DNA of 43,006 nucleotides. Source: Octopus bimaculoides. Lineage: Eukaryota. Shown one piece after another: positions 24,389 through 35,680 of the stretch. Made by a program: the position numbers and the translations under genes. Position 1 is the first letter of the stretch. Each line of letters begins with the position of its first letter. The notes under the pieces were generated by a model that saw only the letters and a list, made by a program, of their open reading frames with translations, was not told where the DNA came from and did not search any database. Location: the NCBI RefSeq assembly GCF_001194135.2, contig NC_068999.1, positions 5,160,985 through 5,203,990 of the forward strand, in the 5' to 3' direction.

Positions 24389-26909
24389 TGTATTCATGTA
24401 TATGTGTGTATATATGTATGTATTCATATGTGTGTATATATGTATGTATTCATATGTGTGTATATATGTATGTATGTATGTATTCATGTATATGTGTGCA
24501 TATATATGTATGTATTCATATATATGTGTATATATGTATGTATTCATGCATATGTGTGTATATATGTATGTATTCATATATGTGTGTATATATGTATGTA
24601 TTCATGTATATGTGTATATATCATCATCATCATCGTTTAACATCTGCTTTCCATGCTGGCAGGGGTTGGACAGTTTGACCGAGGACTGGTGAACCAGAAG
24701 GCTGCACTAGGCTCCAATCTGATCTGGCAAAGTTTCTACAGCTGGATGCCCTTCCTTACACCAACCACTCCGAGAGTGTAGTGGGTGCTTTTACCCACAA
24801 CATCCAGATAAATAAACTAATACCCTCTATATTATTAGACTCACCACTTATTTAATTGGAAGACTTGATGATGTGCTTTGTTGTAATTAATTACATCCTG
24901 TTACTTCAGTTTTTGAGTTCAAATCCTGCTAGGGTTGAGTGTCCTTTTCATCCTGTTTGGGGTTCATGAAAAAAAAGGAGTTTGTCTTAATCACTTAAAC
25001 CCTTCTTTCTTAAATTCAATACCCGGTACCTTTGTAAGGAATCAATATTATATTACCCCTGCAGGTAAGGATTGAACTTACAGCACTGACTTCCATACTA
25101 TTTGGAAGTTATCCAGTATTTTTAACATTTCTTTCATTTTCACACCTTTAAATTAATTAATGTTTAATTAATGTTTTCACAATTGAAAAGTTTAATAAAT
25201 ATTTTTTCTAAGATAAAATACCTCAGTCAAGCCAAACATTAAATTGTTGAAAATTAATCAAATAAATAAAACAACAACAACAATAATAATAATAATAATA
25301 ATTGCTGTTTCTTTGGCACAAGTTTTCAAGAGAGGTGGGTGGTGGTGTCCCAGAATAAAACAACTGCAGAACTAGCTTACTACATATTGTATCAGACTAC
25401 TGGAGGTACCAGAATCAAGGTTAACTACACCATGATTTGAACTTAGAGGGATGTAATTATTGCAATATAGTCCAGTGTCCTGTTATCACCTGTTGGTTGT
25501 CATAACAGTCATCATCATTATCTAATAATGTCCATGTTCCATGCTAGCCTGGGTGGGACAATACCACAAGAGCCAGCCAGGTCAACGCCTGAACTGGACT
25601 TCTGTAACTGTTTTGGTAGGATTTTTACAGCTGGATGCCCTTCCTGACACCAACCACTCAGCAGAGTGGACTTAGTGCTTTTTAAGTGACACAAGCACAA
25701 GCGGGGTCAGTCTTGGCAAGGCTTTTACAGCTGGATGCTCTTCCTGACACCAACGACTTTACAGTGTGGACCAGATGCTTTTAAGTGGCACCTGCACTGA
25801 CAGGGCCACCAAGTACTTGCAAGGCAAAAACTTTTAAGGGGGGAGGAAGTGATGCTGAAAAGGTTATAGTGAGACAGATACAGGTGATGATAGTAATTCT
25901 TTCTAATTTTGGGATAAGGCCACCTACATCAGATGTCAAGACAAAGATGTACATAAACACTCTTATACACACCATATATTATCCGAAATGTATAGTGTTA
26001 TATATCAATCATGAAGGCGGTGAGCTGGCAGAACTGTTAGCAAGCTGGATGAAATGCTTAGTGGTATTTCACCCATTGCTACGTTCTGAGTTCAAATTCC
26101 ACCAAAGTCAACTTTACCTTTTATCCTTTTGGGTTGATAAATTAAGTACCAGTTGAGTACTGGGGTCGATGTAATCAACTATCCCTCTCCCCCAAATTTC
26201 AGGTTTGTGCCTATAATAGAAAGGGTTATGTCTCAATCAAGGCTGATCTAACCAATCAGTCTTGTACATCAAATATGTGATGGACTTCATTCAGCTTCCA
26301 TTTGCCAAATCTACGAGCAAGGTTTGGCTCAGGTCTATGGTAGAAGACTCTCGCCTAAGATGCCACACAACGAGACTGAACCTGGAACCACATGGTTGGG
26401 TAACAAGCTTCTTAACCACACAGCCATGCTTGCACTTACGTAAATAAATACCATAAAACATTTTGTCTGCCTCCCTACCATTTTCTACCAATAAGAACAA
26501 CAATAATAATATTAATAATGTTGTTGATGATGATGATTTAAATTATTAATTAATGTAATTATTATTATTTTTGCTTATTGTAAATAATTTTGAGGTTAAT
26601 TTAGAGAATGAGTTTTTGGCTGTGTTTAAGAAAACAGTTTTGTGGAATGTTACAATATCTAGATTGATAATAAAGATTATATTGGTAATGTTGTGCTAGG
26701 ATGGCATCAAAATGATCGTTATCTTCAAATATTTAGGTATTACGTAGTTTCAATATTAATTTTATATTGTTTTATTATTATTATTATTATCAATATTATA
26801 CTGTGGTATGTTTTCTGTCACACATATACACATACTCGTACTCACACAAATATACATATCCACATACATGTATATATATATACTTAAACACATACTTTGA
26901 TTTATCTTT

Positions 26910-26941
<32 letters not shown>

Positions 26942-26957
26942 TGCACATATCTATCTA

Positions 26958-27006
<49 letters not shown>

Positions 27007-27471
27007 CAATTTGACTTACTATCACACACTTTTGTAGATATATGTGTGATAAGAAGCTTGCTTTCCAACCGCATGGTTCCAGGTTCAGTCCCACTGCATG
27101 GCACCTTGGGCAAGTGTCTTCTACTATAGCCTTGGGCTGACGAAAACCTTGTGAGTAGATTTGATACATGGAAACTGAAAGAAGCCCATCATAAATATGC
27201 ATATATGTGTGTTTTTGTGTGTCTGTTTGTCCCCCACTACCACTTGACAACTGTTGCTGGTGTGTTTACATCTCCGTAACTTAGCAGTTTTTCACCAATA
27301 TTTCGTACATGCACCTATACATTCTCTCGTACATACTTGTACAAATGCACACCATCATGTACTTACATATAATTTTGTCTATTACATTACACCTATACGT
27401 TCGTAATGTATTTAGCCTCACACACACAGACTGGTATAGATGGCTAGTTATATAGTTAGTTACATGGGTAG

Positions 27472-27519
<48 letters not shown>

Positions 27520-27928
27520 TCAATAAACACAGTATACGTTTTTATGTGCTACTATTAGTTCCATGTGATGAGAGTATGCCAGACAGAATTTTCTTAACAT
27601 GTCTGGTGTCCTAGCACAACCTTCAGGCCTATTGTTTGTTATGCCATTTAGGTAGTGCCTGAAGATTGAACTAGGATCCCAGACATGTTAAAAAATTATG
27701 TCTGGCATGCTCTCATCACATGGAACTAATAGTAGCACATAAAAACATATTGCGTTTATTAAATAATATTTGGAGTCCTTTTTTTGTTGGTCATGAAGCA
27801 GTACACTATGTGGAAGAAGATGGGTGACAGTCCTTTTGGCTGTTGCCGATCAGGCCAATATGCACTCAGATACTGTTGTCTGCTGAGAGTATAGCCAAGG
27901 AGTTGACTCTGGACTTGTGCAGCTCACA

Positions 27929-27976
<48 letters not shown>

Positions 27977-28117
27977 GATAGATATTTGAGTATCTTAACT
28001 TCACCACCATTTGTATCTCATCTCATAATAATTCTTTTTCTTGCTGTTATTAGTGTATCGGAGTATCTGATGGGAGACAGTGAACCCCTTTACACAGCTG
28101 ATATTGCAAAATCAAAG
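20521..28117 (+). CDS. ARHGAP45: Partial multi-exon gene: Rho GTPase-activating protein of the ARHGAP45/ARHGAP29/GMIP family, N-terminal region only (3'-incomplete)
   Basis: Four exons join in frame with phases 1,1,2,0 to give MNVNCEETPFVYVNQDDIIHLTQEVKNFSDALAKLKCVFTDGT-V-CGDEIKVAAHEQLGEVLFTLRQVLEKYFALQSEDLFETAGNLINKIK-N-YNYESSISSGGTQSFCDCIDKLALAFSS-S-VSEYLMGDSEPLYTADIAKSK. This is colinear with the HMHA1/PARG1 N-terminus as I recall it (DVARFAEGLEKLKEC...AHECLGEALRVMHQIISKYPLLNTVETLTAAGTLIAKVKAFHYE...ALETIAVAFSSTVSEFLMGEV). The symbol is a family-level call; invertebrates are probably co-orthologous to ARHGAP45/29/GMIP. Confidence 0.88.
21050..21262. repeat. Purine-rich minisatellite (~37-40 bp unit) in intron 1
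   Basis: gagaggtagagagagaaagcagagaagcaaagtgaca-like unit, about 5 copies. Confidence 0.85.
21354..21497 (+). CDS. ARHGAP45: RhoGAP coding exon 2
   Basis: ttttctggttttAG acceptor and A|GTAAGT donor; 144 nt, phase 1-1. Encodes CGDEIKVAAHEQLGEVLFTLRQVLEKYFALQSEDLFETAGNLINKIK, part of ORF 21332..21673. Confidence 0.92.
21600..21900 (-). mobile_element. tRNA-headed SINE family E (shares its 3' tail with family D)
   Basis: Minus-strand head gtggttaggggtattcggctcac...gagttcaatccc...ccttaagcaagacacttt; the tail matches family D at 17750-17860. Related heads occur at ~7940-8037 (-) and ~41145-41290 (+). Confidence 0.65.
22317..22404 (+). CDS. ARHGAP45: RhoGAP coding exon 3
   Basis: catttatttccAG acceptor and CAG|GTGAGC donor; 88 nt, phase 1-2. 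Encodes YNYESSISSGGTQSFCDCIDKLALAFSS. Confidence 0.9.
24375..24615. repeat. Compound AT/GT minisatellite (~26-30 bp unit)
   Basis: tatgtatgtattcatatgtgtgtata-like units; this repeat produces the MNTYIY ORFs. Confidence 0.9.
24620..24800 (-). mobile_element. Repeat family C tail, antisense
   Basis: (cat)n-cgtttaacatctgctttccatgctggc...ctacagctggatgcccttcc...ccactccgagagtgtag. Confidence 0.8.
25500..25830 (-). mobile_element. Repeat family C, antisense, with a duplicated gctggatgc..cttcctgacaccaac module
   Basis: Two copies of ttttacagctggatgc(c/t)cttcctgacaccaac, at ~25622 and ~25723. Confidence 0.7.
26015..26225 (+). mobile_element. SINE family B (Nin-domain-like), full length
   Basis: ggcggtgagctggcagaactgttagc...ctgagttcaaattcc...ttttatccttttgggttgataaattaagtaccagttgagtactggggtcgat...caaatttcagg. 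Confidence 0.8.
26280..26432 (-). mobile_element. SINE family A, 5' half (intron 3, antisense)
   Basis: gactgaacctggaaccacatggttggg...cttcttaaccacacagccatgc. Confidence 0.75.
27045..27285 (+). mobile_element. SINE family A, 3'-truncated (intron 3, sense)
   Basis: ggttccaggttcagtcccactgcatggcaccttgggcaagtg...gaaactgaaagaagccc...cgtaacttagcagtt. Confidence 0.8.
27517..27765. repeat. Long fold-back inverted repeat (MITE-like)
   Basis: Arms 27538-27628 and 27657-27746, roughly 90% identical, including a 37-bp perfect block; 28-nt loop. Outer ends tattcaataaac and gtttattaaata. Confidence 0.95.
28054..28117 (+). CDS. ARHGAP45: RhoGAP coding exon 4
   Basis: ttctttttcttgctgttattAG acceptor and AAG|GTAAGT donor; 64 nt, phase 2-0. 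Encodes VSEYLMGDSEPLYTADIAKSK, which matches the family motif VSEFLMG. Confidence 0.88.
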
Positions 28118-28911
28118 GTAAGTAAAACCTCCTCTGGTCTGAATCGCTTTTACGTTGGAAATTTGTTAATGAAATCTTGCTATATCATGGGTTTTTGTGA
28201 CGTGAGATTGAAGCCCATGTTACATGGAGTCAAGAGGGAAATAGGCTTCAGGTTATGGAGATTCATATTACAGAAAAAAATTTTCAGGAATACAATGCAT
28301 CCGTGAGATGAGGGCTGCCTGTATTATGAAGGTACTGGACTACACTGACCATAAACTAACCACTTCAGACCTAACTACTGTGAAGTTAAGATACCAGACT
28401 GTACCGACAAAGTAGTGGCGGTGGTGGTGGTGGCAGTGTTACCTATCATAGTAATACAAACACCTGAGAAAAACTTTGTGTCTCACTTTCCTCTCTGTCT
28501 ATTTTCTTCCTTCTTCGTCTCTTTTTTCTTTCCCTCTCACTTTCTTTCTCTCTTTTGAAAGGAAATGTCATCACGCATCAATGTTTACGTTGTAAATATT
28601 GAATTGCTGATTATATTGTTGTGTGTGTGTGTGGATATATATATACAAACTGAAGTGTGTAAAAGGTTTATTCTATTCTTATTTTACCTGTCTATATATG
28701 CATTTCATACATGCGTGTGTGAGTTTATACATGTGTGTATAAATATTTATACACACATATATATATATATATATACATCTATATACACATGTATCGAGAC
28801 GTATTTCTTTAGCTATGCAAATTTTTATGTATGTGTATGCATGTTTTTAACTCCACAATCTTATAGAAAGATATTGTTACATATACATGTATGTTGACGT
28901 AAATAGCATAT

Positions 28912-28979
<68 letters not shown>

Positions 28980-29196
28980 CGACCCAGATATGCTAAGACA
29001 AGATGACATGCAAATCCTAGATTTTAGAGTGACATCCCAAAAATGAGTCGGCACAAAAATAATCTGTTTATATTAAAACTCTGAGTAGAGACGATGAAAG
29101 TTTAAATGGATGATTGAATAGAAAACACTCATAAATATGTATTTCTATACTCTTTTGTATAAACACTTACCTGTACATATCACATTTTCTATAACT

Positions 29197-29233
<37 letters not shown>

Positions 29234-30185
29234 ATATACATTTATGTATTTTAAAGCTGTATAAGTCAAACACACACACATACACATCAATAGATTGATA
29301 CAGAACTTGATTTAGTTAGTCTGTGAAGTGTACAGTGAAATAAGATTTGAAAGAAGAAAGATAAGAAAAATCTTCTCGCATGAATCAATAGTTTGGAAGT
29401 GTGTGTGTGTGCATGCGTGTGTAGGCCAGGAGAAGAGTATAAGTGGATATGTTTTTGGTCCGTCCTTTAGTATAAAGTAGGCGTTTACCGAGGTGTCTCA
29501 CCTTCAGAAACCTGCGGCTGTTAAAATAGTCTCTGTCTCTCTCTCCCACTTTCTCTTGAAACCATATCTTTACTTTATGGACTTAGGATGCCAACTACTA
29601 AAGGTAGGTGTTTGTGTGAATGTGTGTATATATGTATATGTGTACAATTGTGTACATGTCTCGAACTTTGTGTGTGTATATAATTGTCATGATTCAAGTC
29701 ATGCCAGAGCATTGCATTTATGTTTGAATAAATGTATGTGTGTGTGTATATATTCATATATATATAATCATATAATCATCATCCAGTGTTGTCAATCCGG
29801 GGTTTGTCCCCGTTAATGTGGGTGGCTGGATTTACCTCAATGCCATAGCAACCAAGGCAGGCAGGTGCAGCCCACCCCAGCCCTTGGGCTGACTGGTGCC
29901 CATTCTCCTTTGCTATCATGAGGCTTTTTTGGAGCTGGATTTTCTATGGGGAGCATGCCCTTGCTTAACCCCAACCTCAGTTTCTAGACATGAGTAGTCC
30001 CCGAGACCAAGGCCCCTACCATGATTTTCAAGAATTGTGGTGGAAAACTAGCTCAGGAAGGCAGGGACGCTACTCCTTGAGACCCCTTTCAGAGTCACCC
30101 CCACCTATATAAAAAACACAAAAATATATATAATATGCATTGGTGCACCAGCATGGCTGGTGTCCAATGACTGAAACAAGCAGAG

Positions 30186-30221
<36 letters not shown>

Positions 30222-30619
30222 AACTTATCCTTGTAATTTCACTATCGGAAAAAGTGTGCAGCTTTCAATGCCAATAAATTGTTACTGTTCCTTATCGTAC
30301 ACTATTCGCTTTTTTATTGTACCTGCCATGGATCGTTTGAAGCGTACACACTTCCTACACTTAGATCCTTGGATCATACCCTTATATAGCAATACACACA
30401 CACACATACACACAATGTATGTGTGTGTGTCTTTGTTTTTGTCTGCTACCACTGTTTGACAACTGGAGTCGTTCTGTTTACATACCTGTAACTTGGTTGT
30501 TCAGCAAAAATGATAGAATAAGTACCGGGAGACACTGTTTCCTTAGATCCACAGATACACCTGTGTTCCAGTTGATGAGATACTAGGGGCAATATGCTTA
30601 CTGGTATTTCATTTGTCTT

Positions 30620-30780
30620 GACATTCTGGGTTCAAATTCTGCCGGGGTCGACTTTGCCTTTTATCCTTTCGGGGGTCAATAAATTAAGTACCAGTTATGT
30701 ACTGAGGTGTGGGGTCAGTCTAAAAGGCTGGCCCTCTCCCCAAAAATTTCGGGCCTTGTGCCTAGAGTAGAAAAGAATAT
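30620..30780 (+). mobile_element. SINE family B, 5'-truncated
   Basis: gggttcaaattctgccggggtcgactttgccttttatcctttcgggggtcaataaattaagtaccag...gggccttgtgcctagagtagaaaagaat. Confidence 0.8.
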
Positions 30781-30979
30781 ATATTGCACACAAGCGTTTG
30801 TTTTTCTGAAATTGGATAAAATAGATAAAATAATGATGACAACATGATGAACAGAATTAATCATAACAACAACAATATAAATACAATGCCAAGTTCTTTG
30901 GTGCATGACTTTTGGCCAACCCTATATATATATACATACATGCATACATACATACATACATATATATATATTATTCTTT

Positions 30980-31156
30980 TATTTGTTTGTCATTTGACTG
31001 CGGCCATGCTGGAGCATTGCCTTTAGTTGAGCAAATCGACCCCAGGACTTATTCTTTGGAAGCCTAGTACTTATTCTATTGGTCTCTTTTGCCGAACTGC
31101 TAAGTTACGGGGGATGTAAACACACCAGCATCGGTTGAGGGGACAAACTCACAAAC

Positions 31157-31189
<33 letters not shown>

Positions 31190-31330
31190 TATACGATGGG
31201 CTTCTTTCAGTTTCCGTCTACCAAATCCACTCACATGGCTTTGGTCGGCCCGAGGCTATAGTAGAAGACACTTGCCCAAGGTGCCACGGAGTGGGACTGA
31301 ACCCGGAACCATGTGGTTCGTAAGCAAGCT
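30980..31330 (-). mobile_element. SINE family A, young copy
   Basis: tcatttgactgcggccatgctggagc ... gtgggactgaacccggaaccatgtggtt. Confidence 0.85.
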
Positions 31331-32020
31331 AGTGGGGCATATATTTTTCTGGAAAGTTATAGTGGGGCTTATGGGAAAACAGGCTGAAAACCACTGGTTT
31401 ATATGGCTCACTCAAAGCAAAATTCCACTTAATGATAATCAATGTGGATTTCTAAACTTAAACGGCGGTAGTCATACATTTAACGAACCTCATACATTCA
31501 TATGATAGTCAGACAATTCTCGTTAACAATCTGTGATCAGAAGTATCGGCTGACAGGTGGCCACCCCTATTGATTTCCAAAGTAGGGGTGGGGGAGATTA
31601 TATGTCATCGGTAGAGTATGTGAAACAGCCACGAGTTGACATTTCAATCTGGTTCTTGTTCATAGGTTTGTCTCGGTCCTATTGTTGTTACTGTTGTTGT
31701 TGGGCACCGAGTGAACCATGAATGAGTAGACGTATGATCAAAGGCAATCCAGCTGTGACCATCCTGGCTTTGTTGTTTGATACAGTTGATAAAGTGTAAC
31801 TAGGGCAGCATTATCAAAAATGGGATCGTGAAAGTACGGTGTGATGCCACTGTGATTCAGCTGCTATTTCTAGCTGATTGACTGACTCGGAGCATTTCAT
31901 TGGCTTGTGCTATGGTGTGTGTGTATGTGTGTGTATTTATATTTATTTGTGTGTTTAAGTCTGTGTGTGATTCTGTGTGTAAGTGTAAGTTTGTGACTGT
32001 ATGTTTACATTTGTTATTTG

Positions 32021-32105
<85 letters not shown>

Positions 32106-32518
32106 AAATTTGTATGTATAGGTGTTGTGTGTTTACATACATTGTATGTTTGAGTACATATAGGACTATCAATGTGTGTGTAAGTATGTGTATTTATGTA
32201 TATATATATCTGTGTAAGTATATGTGTGTGTGAATATATATATATATAGGAAAATGAAAAAAAGCCAGAATGCTGAACTGGAAGCATAATTTAATAAAGA
32301 TTTTTTCTAACCGGTTTTCATTGCGATGAAGCAAATTATCAAGAAGGAGAATGAAAATGTTTTTTTACAAAGAAGTACAAAAAAGTACAAAATGAAGAAA
32401 ATAATATATAAAACAATAATATATAAAAATATATATATATATCTGTAAGTATATATGTGTGTGTGTATTTCTGGATATATATCTGTAAGTATATATGTGT
32501 GTAAGTATATGTGTGTAT

Positions 32519-32578
<60 letters not shown>

Positions 32579-32675
32579 NNNNNNNNNNNNNNNNNNNNNN
32601 NNNNNNNNNNNNNNNNNNNNNNNNNNNNNNNNNNNNNNNNNNNNNNNNNNNNNNNNNNNNNNNNNNNNNNNNNNN

Positions 32676-32710
<35 letters not shown>

Positions 32711-34044
32711 GTAAGTATATGTGTGTATATATATATATATCTGTAAGTATGTGTGTGTATATATATATATTTGTGTAAGTATATATGTGTATGTGTATGT
32801 ATGTGTGTGAGTGTGTGTGTGTGTGTGTGTAAGTATACGTTACTGCATGTCTGGGAAAGGTGACATTTTCTTGAAACTTTACCGTTCTCTCTAGGACAAT
32901 GTCGTATCCATGGTATGGCTGGTCGTCATTGTGGTGGTATTGACAGGTGGTGGTGTTAGCATTCAGGGTCTTTTGGTGTTGGCGGTAGTTTTTGTGGTGA
33001 TGTTACCGGTTGTAGAGATACTGTATAACCCTTGGCCATCCCCGATCCAGCAATCCTATGGTACACATGAAGGTGGGATCAGTAGTGGGGTTGGCGTTGC
33101 TATTATCTATATGAATGTGTGTAGAAGATATAGTGTAGACATAAGACCTTTAATATGGGTGTATATATGTGTAATACCCCCACCCCTAATCATTTTGGGT
33201 GTGGGTGGCTGGAATTATGTAGATGTGGTTCAGTAAGGGTGTGTATACAAGTACCCCTATCTCAATCCTTCACTTTTTTTCTAAACACTGTACAACTCTA
33301 CGTTTCCACTCACCTTGTTGGAATTTCAACTAGGAGTAATTGGGTATCAGCCATACCTTATACCAGGGTAGGAGTGCATATGTGCATGCAGGTGTGTGTA
33401 GTGTGGCTTATTGGTTAAAGAAGTTTGTTTCACAACCATGATGTCTCGGGTTCAAACTCACTGCATAGCATCTTGGGTAGTTGTTTTTTTTATTATGGCC
33501 TTGGTCAGCCCAAGCCTTGCGGGTAGAATTAGGTGGATAGAAACTGTGCTGAAGCCTGCATCCGATGGGCTTTGCCAATAATTCAAAGATCCAGCTTTGA
33601 CATGTCACACTGGTTCTATTTGATTTCATCATCATCATCATCAAAACTGTCTTCCATGCTGGCATGGGTTGAATGGTTTGACCAGAGCAGAAGAGCTGTA
33701 CCTAGTTCTAGTCTGATCTGGCTTGGTTTCTACAGCTGGATGCCTTTCTTAATGCCAACCATTATAACATTGTGTGCTGGGTACTTTTTACGTGGCACCG
33801 GCCTGAGCGTTTATATGTGGCGCCGGCACAAGTGTTTTTTATATGGCACTAGCACTGGACTCTTACAGGCTAATCTTTCTCACCAGGGGGAGCAGATACA
33901 TTAAGTATGTATGTGCTCTGGAATACACAGCCGCTTATATGCTAATTCAAAGAGTTTGTAAGTTCATTTGATTGAAGGATTGAATGTTCCACTGTTTGAA
34001 TTGACAGAGATCTTTTCAGTTTATTTACTCAGGAATAAATCGAA

Positions 34045-34505
34045 TTAAATTTGACGACTGGCACCCATGCCAACGTCGTCTCCTTCATTGGAAATGAAAC
34101 TCGGCTTGTGAAGACCTATTGGGGCAAGTGAAAGCGAAACCGTCATGGCACCTGTGCCCAACATTGCCTTCTTGGCACTTGTGCTGGATGGCACGTGTAA
34201 AGACATTCGAGCGAGATCGTTGCCAGTGCTGCTAGACTGGCTCTTGTGTGGGTGGCACGTAAAATACACCATTTTGAGCGTGGCCATTGCCAGTACCATG
34301 TGACTGGCCTTCATGTCGGTGGCACATAAAAGCACCTACTACACTCTCTGAGTGGTTGGCATTAGGAAGGGCATCCAGCTGTAGAAACTCTGCCAAATCA
34401 GATTGGAGCCTGGTGTAGCCATCTGGTTTCACCAGTCCTCAGTCAAATCATCCAACCCATGCTAGCATGGAAGGCGGACGTTAAACGACGACGATGATGA
34501 TGATG
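34045..34505 (+). mobile_element. Repeat family C (LINE 3'-tail-like / SINE), young copy with (GAT)n tail
   Basis: Modular 5' part, then ctacactctctgagtggttggcattaggaagggcatccagctgtagaaactctgccaaatcagattggagcc...cccatgctagcatggaa...gttaaacga(tga)n; near-identical to 42770-42935. Confidence 0.8.
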
Positions 34506-34956
34506 ATGGTGAATCCAGGAAGTTTGTGTTAGTATCAACAGCATTGCCAACTATATCAGCTACAACTAAACAACAACAACAACAACAATAGCTAGAATGA
34601 CAACTATGTCAACAATGGCAACAGCTATATGAACAACAACAACAACAACACTACAATGATAACAACTATATCGGTTACTGGAACATTGGAAACGGCAACA
34701 TCTACATCAACTACACCTGCCACCACCACCACCACCAACAACAACAACAGCAGCATGTTCACAATGAAGTTTAGGGAACAAAATTCCTGCAAAAAAGAAA
34801 AATAAGGCTGTAAGGTCATGCTTGGAATGTCTTTGATCAGTGTTGATCTTGATAGACGTCCTTGATATTGCTTCTTCATAAACACACTTTATATACACAC
34901 TTGATAAACAGACTTGATTCTTTCTTATCTTTCAAGAATTCACTCCTCACAATCAA

Positions 34957-35014
<58 letters not shown>

Positions 35015-35227
35015 TATGGTATCACTGTTTTGTTTTTCTGATGACAGTAGCAGTGATAGTAGTTGTGGTTGCTGTTAGAGTTGCTGGTGATGACGGTGAT
35101 GATGGTGATGGATGTTGTTGGTTAGCACTTGGTCAACCCTCTTCATAGCAGACCTGTGGTTAAAGAAACAGCTCTGGTCATGATCATACCATCTGTTAGA
35201 CTTTTTCGCTACCATACTCACAGACAC

Positions 35228-35440
35228 TGGCATGGCTCTGTGGTAACAAATTTGCTTCCCAACCACATGGATCTAGGTTCAGTCTCACTGCTTGGTAACT
35301 TGGGCAAGTGTCTTCTACTGTAGCCTCAATCTGACCAAAGCTTTGTGAGTGGATTTGGTAGATAGAAACTGTATGAAGCCTGTCATCTGTGTGTTTGTGT
35401 CTGTGTTTGTCCCCCCTCCCACTGTCAAGCAGTGGTGGGA
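35228..35440 (+). mobile_element. SINE family A, 5' two-thirds
   Basis: gcatggctctgtggtaac...ggttcagtctcactg...ttgggcaagtgtcttctac. Confidence 0.75.
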
Positions 35441-35489
35441 AACAAACTGATAAATATCTAGTATCAACTCATTTAACTATAAATTCTTC

Positions 35490-35680
35490 AAGATGGTGCT
35501 CCATCTTAGTGGCATTTCGTCTGTCGCTATATGTTCTGAGTTCAAATTCTGCCAAAGCTGACTTTGCCTTTCATCCTTTTGGGGTGGATAAATTAAGTAC
35601 CAGTTGTGTACTGGGGGTCGATCTAATTGACTGCCCCCCCTCCCCTCCAAATTTCAGGCCTTTTGTCTATAGTAGAATAT
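35490..35680 (+). mobile_element. SINE family B
   Basis: ctgagttcaaattctgccaaagctgactttgcctttcatccttttggggtggataaattaagtaccag. Confidence 0.8.

Noticed and set aside
24287-24692. ORFs with MNTYIYTH or CVYICMY repeats, and similar HT/CV/YI/LS-rich ORFs across the window
   Set aside because: Translations of micro- and minisatellites; no splice or homology support.
28490-28620. Long polypyrimidine tract and AG at ~28560 as the next RhoGAP exon (EMSSRINVYV...)
   Set aside because: No credible donor and no similarity to the expected downstream F-BAR sequence.
29080-29140. Hammerhead-like reading of gagtagagACGATGAaag...gaaaacactc
   Set aside because: No stem II pairing and the core is too degenerate to support the call.
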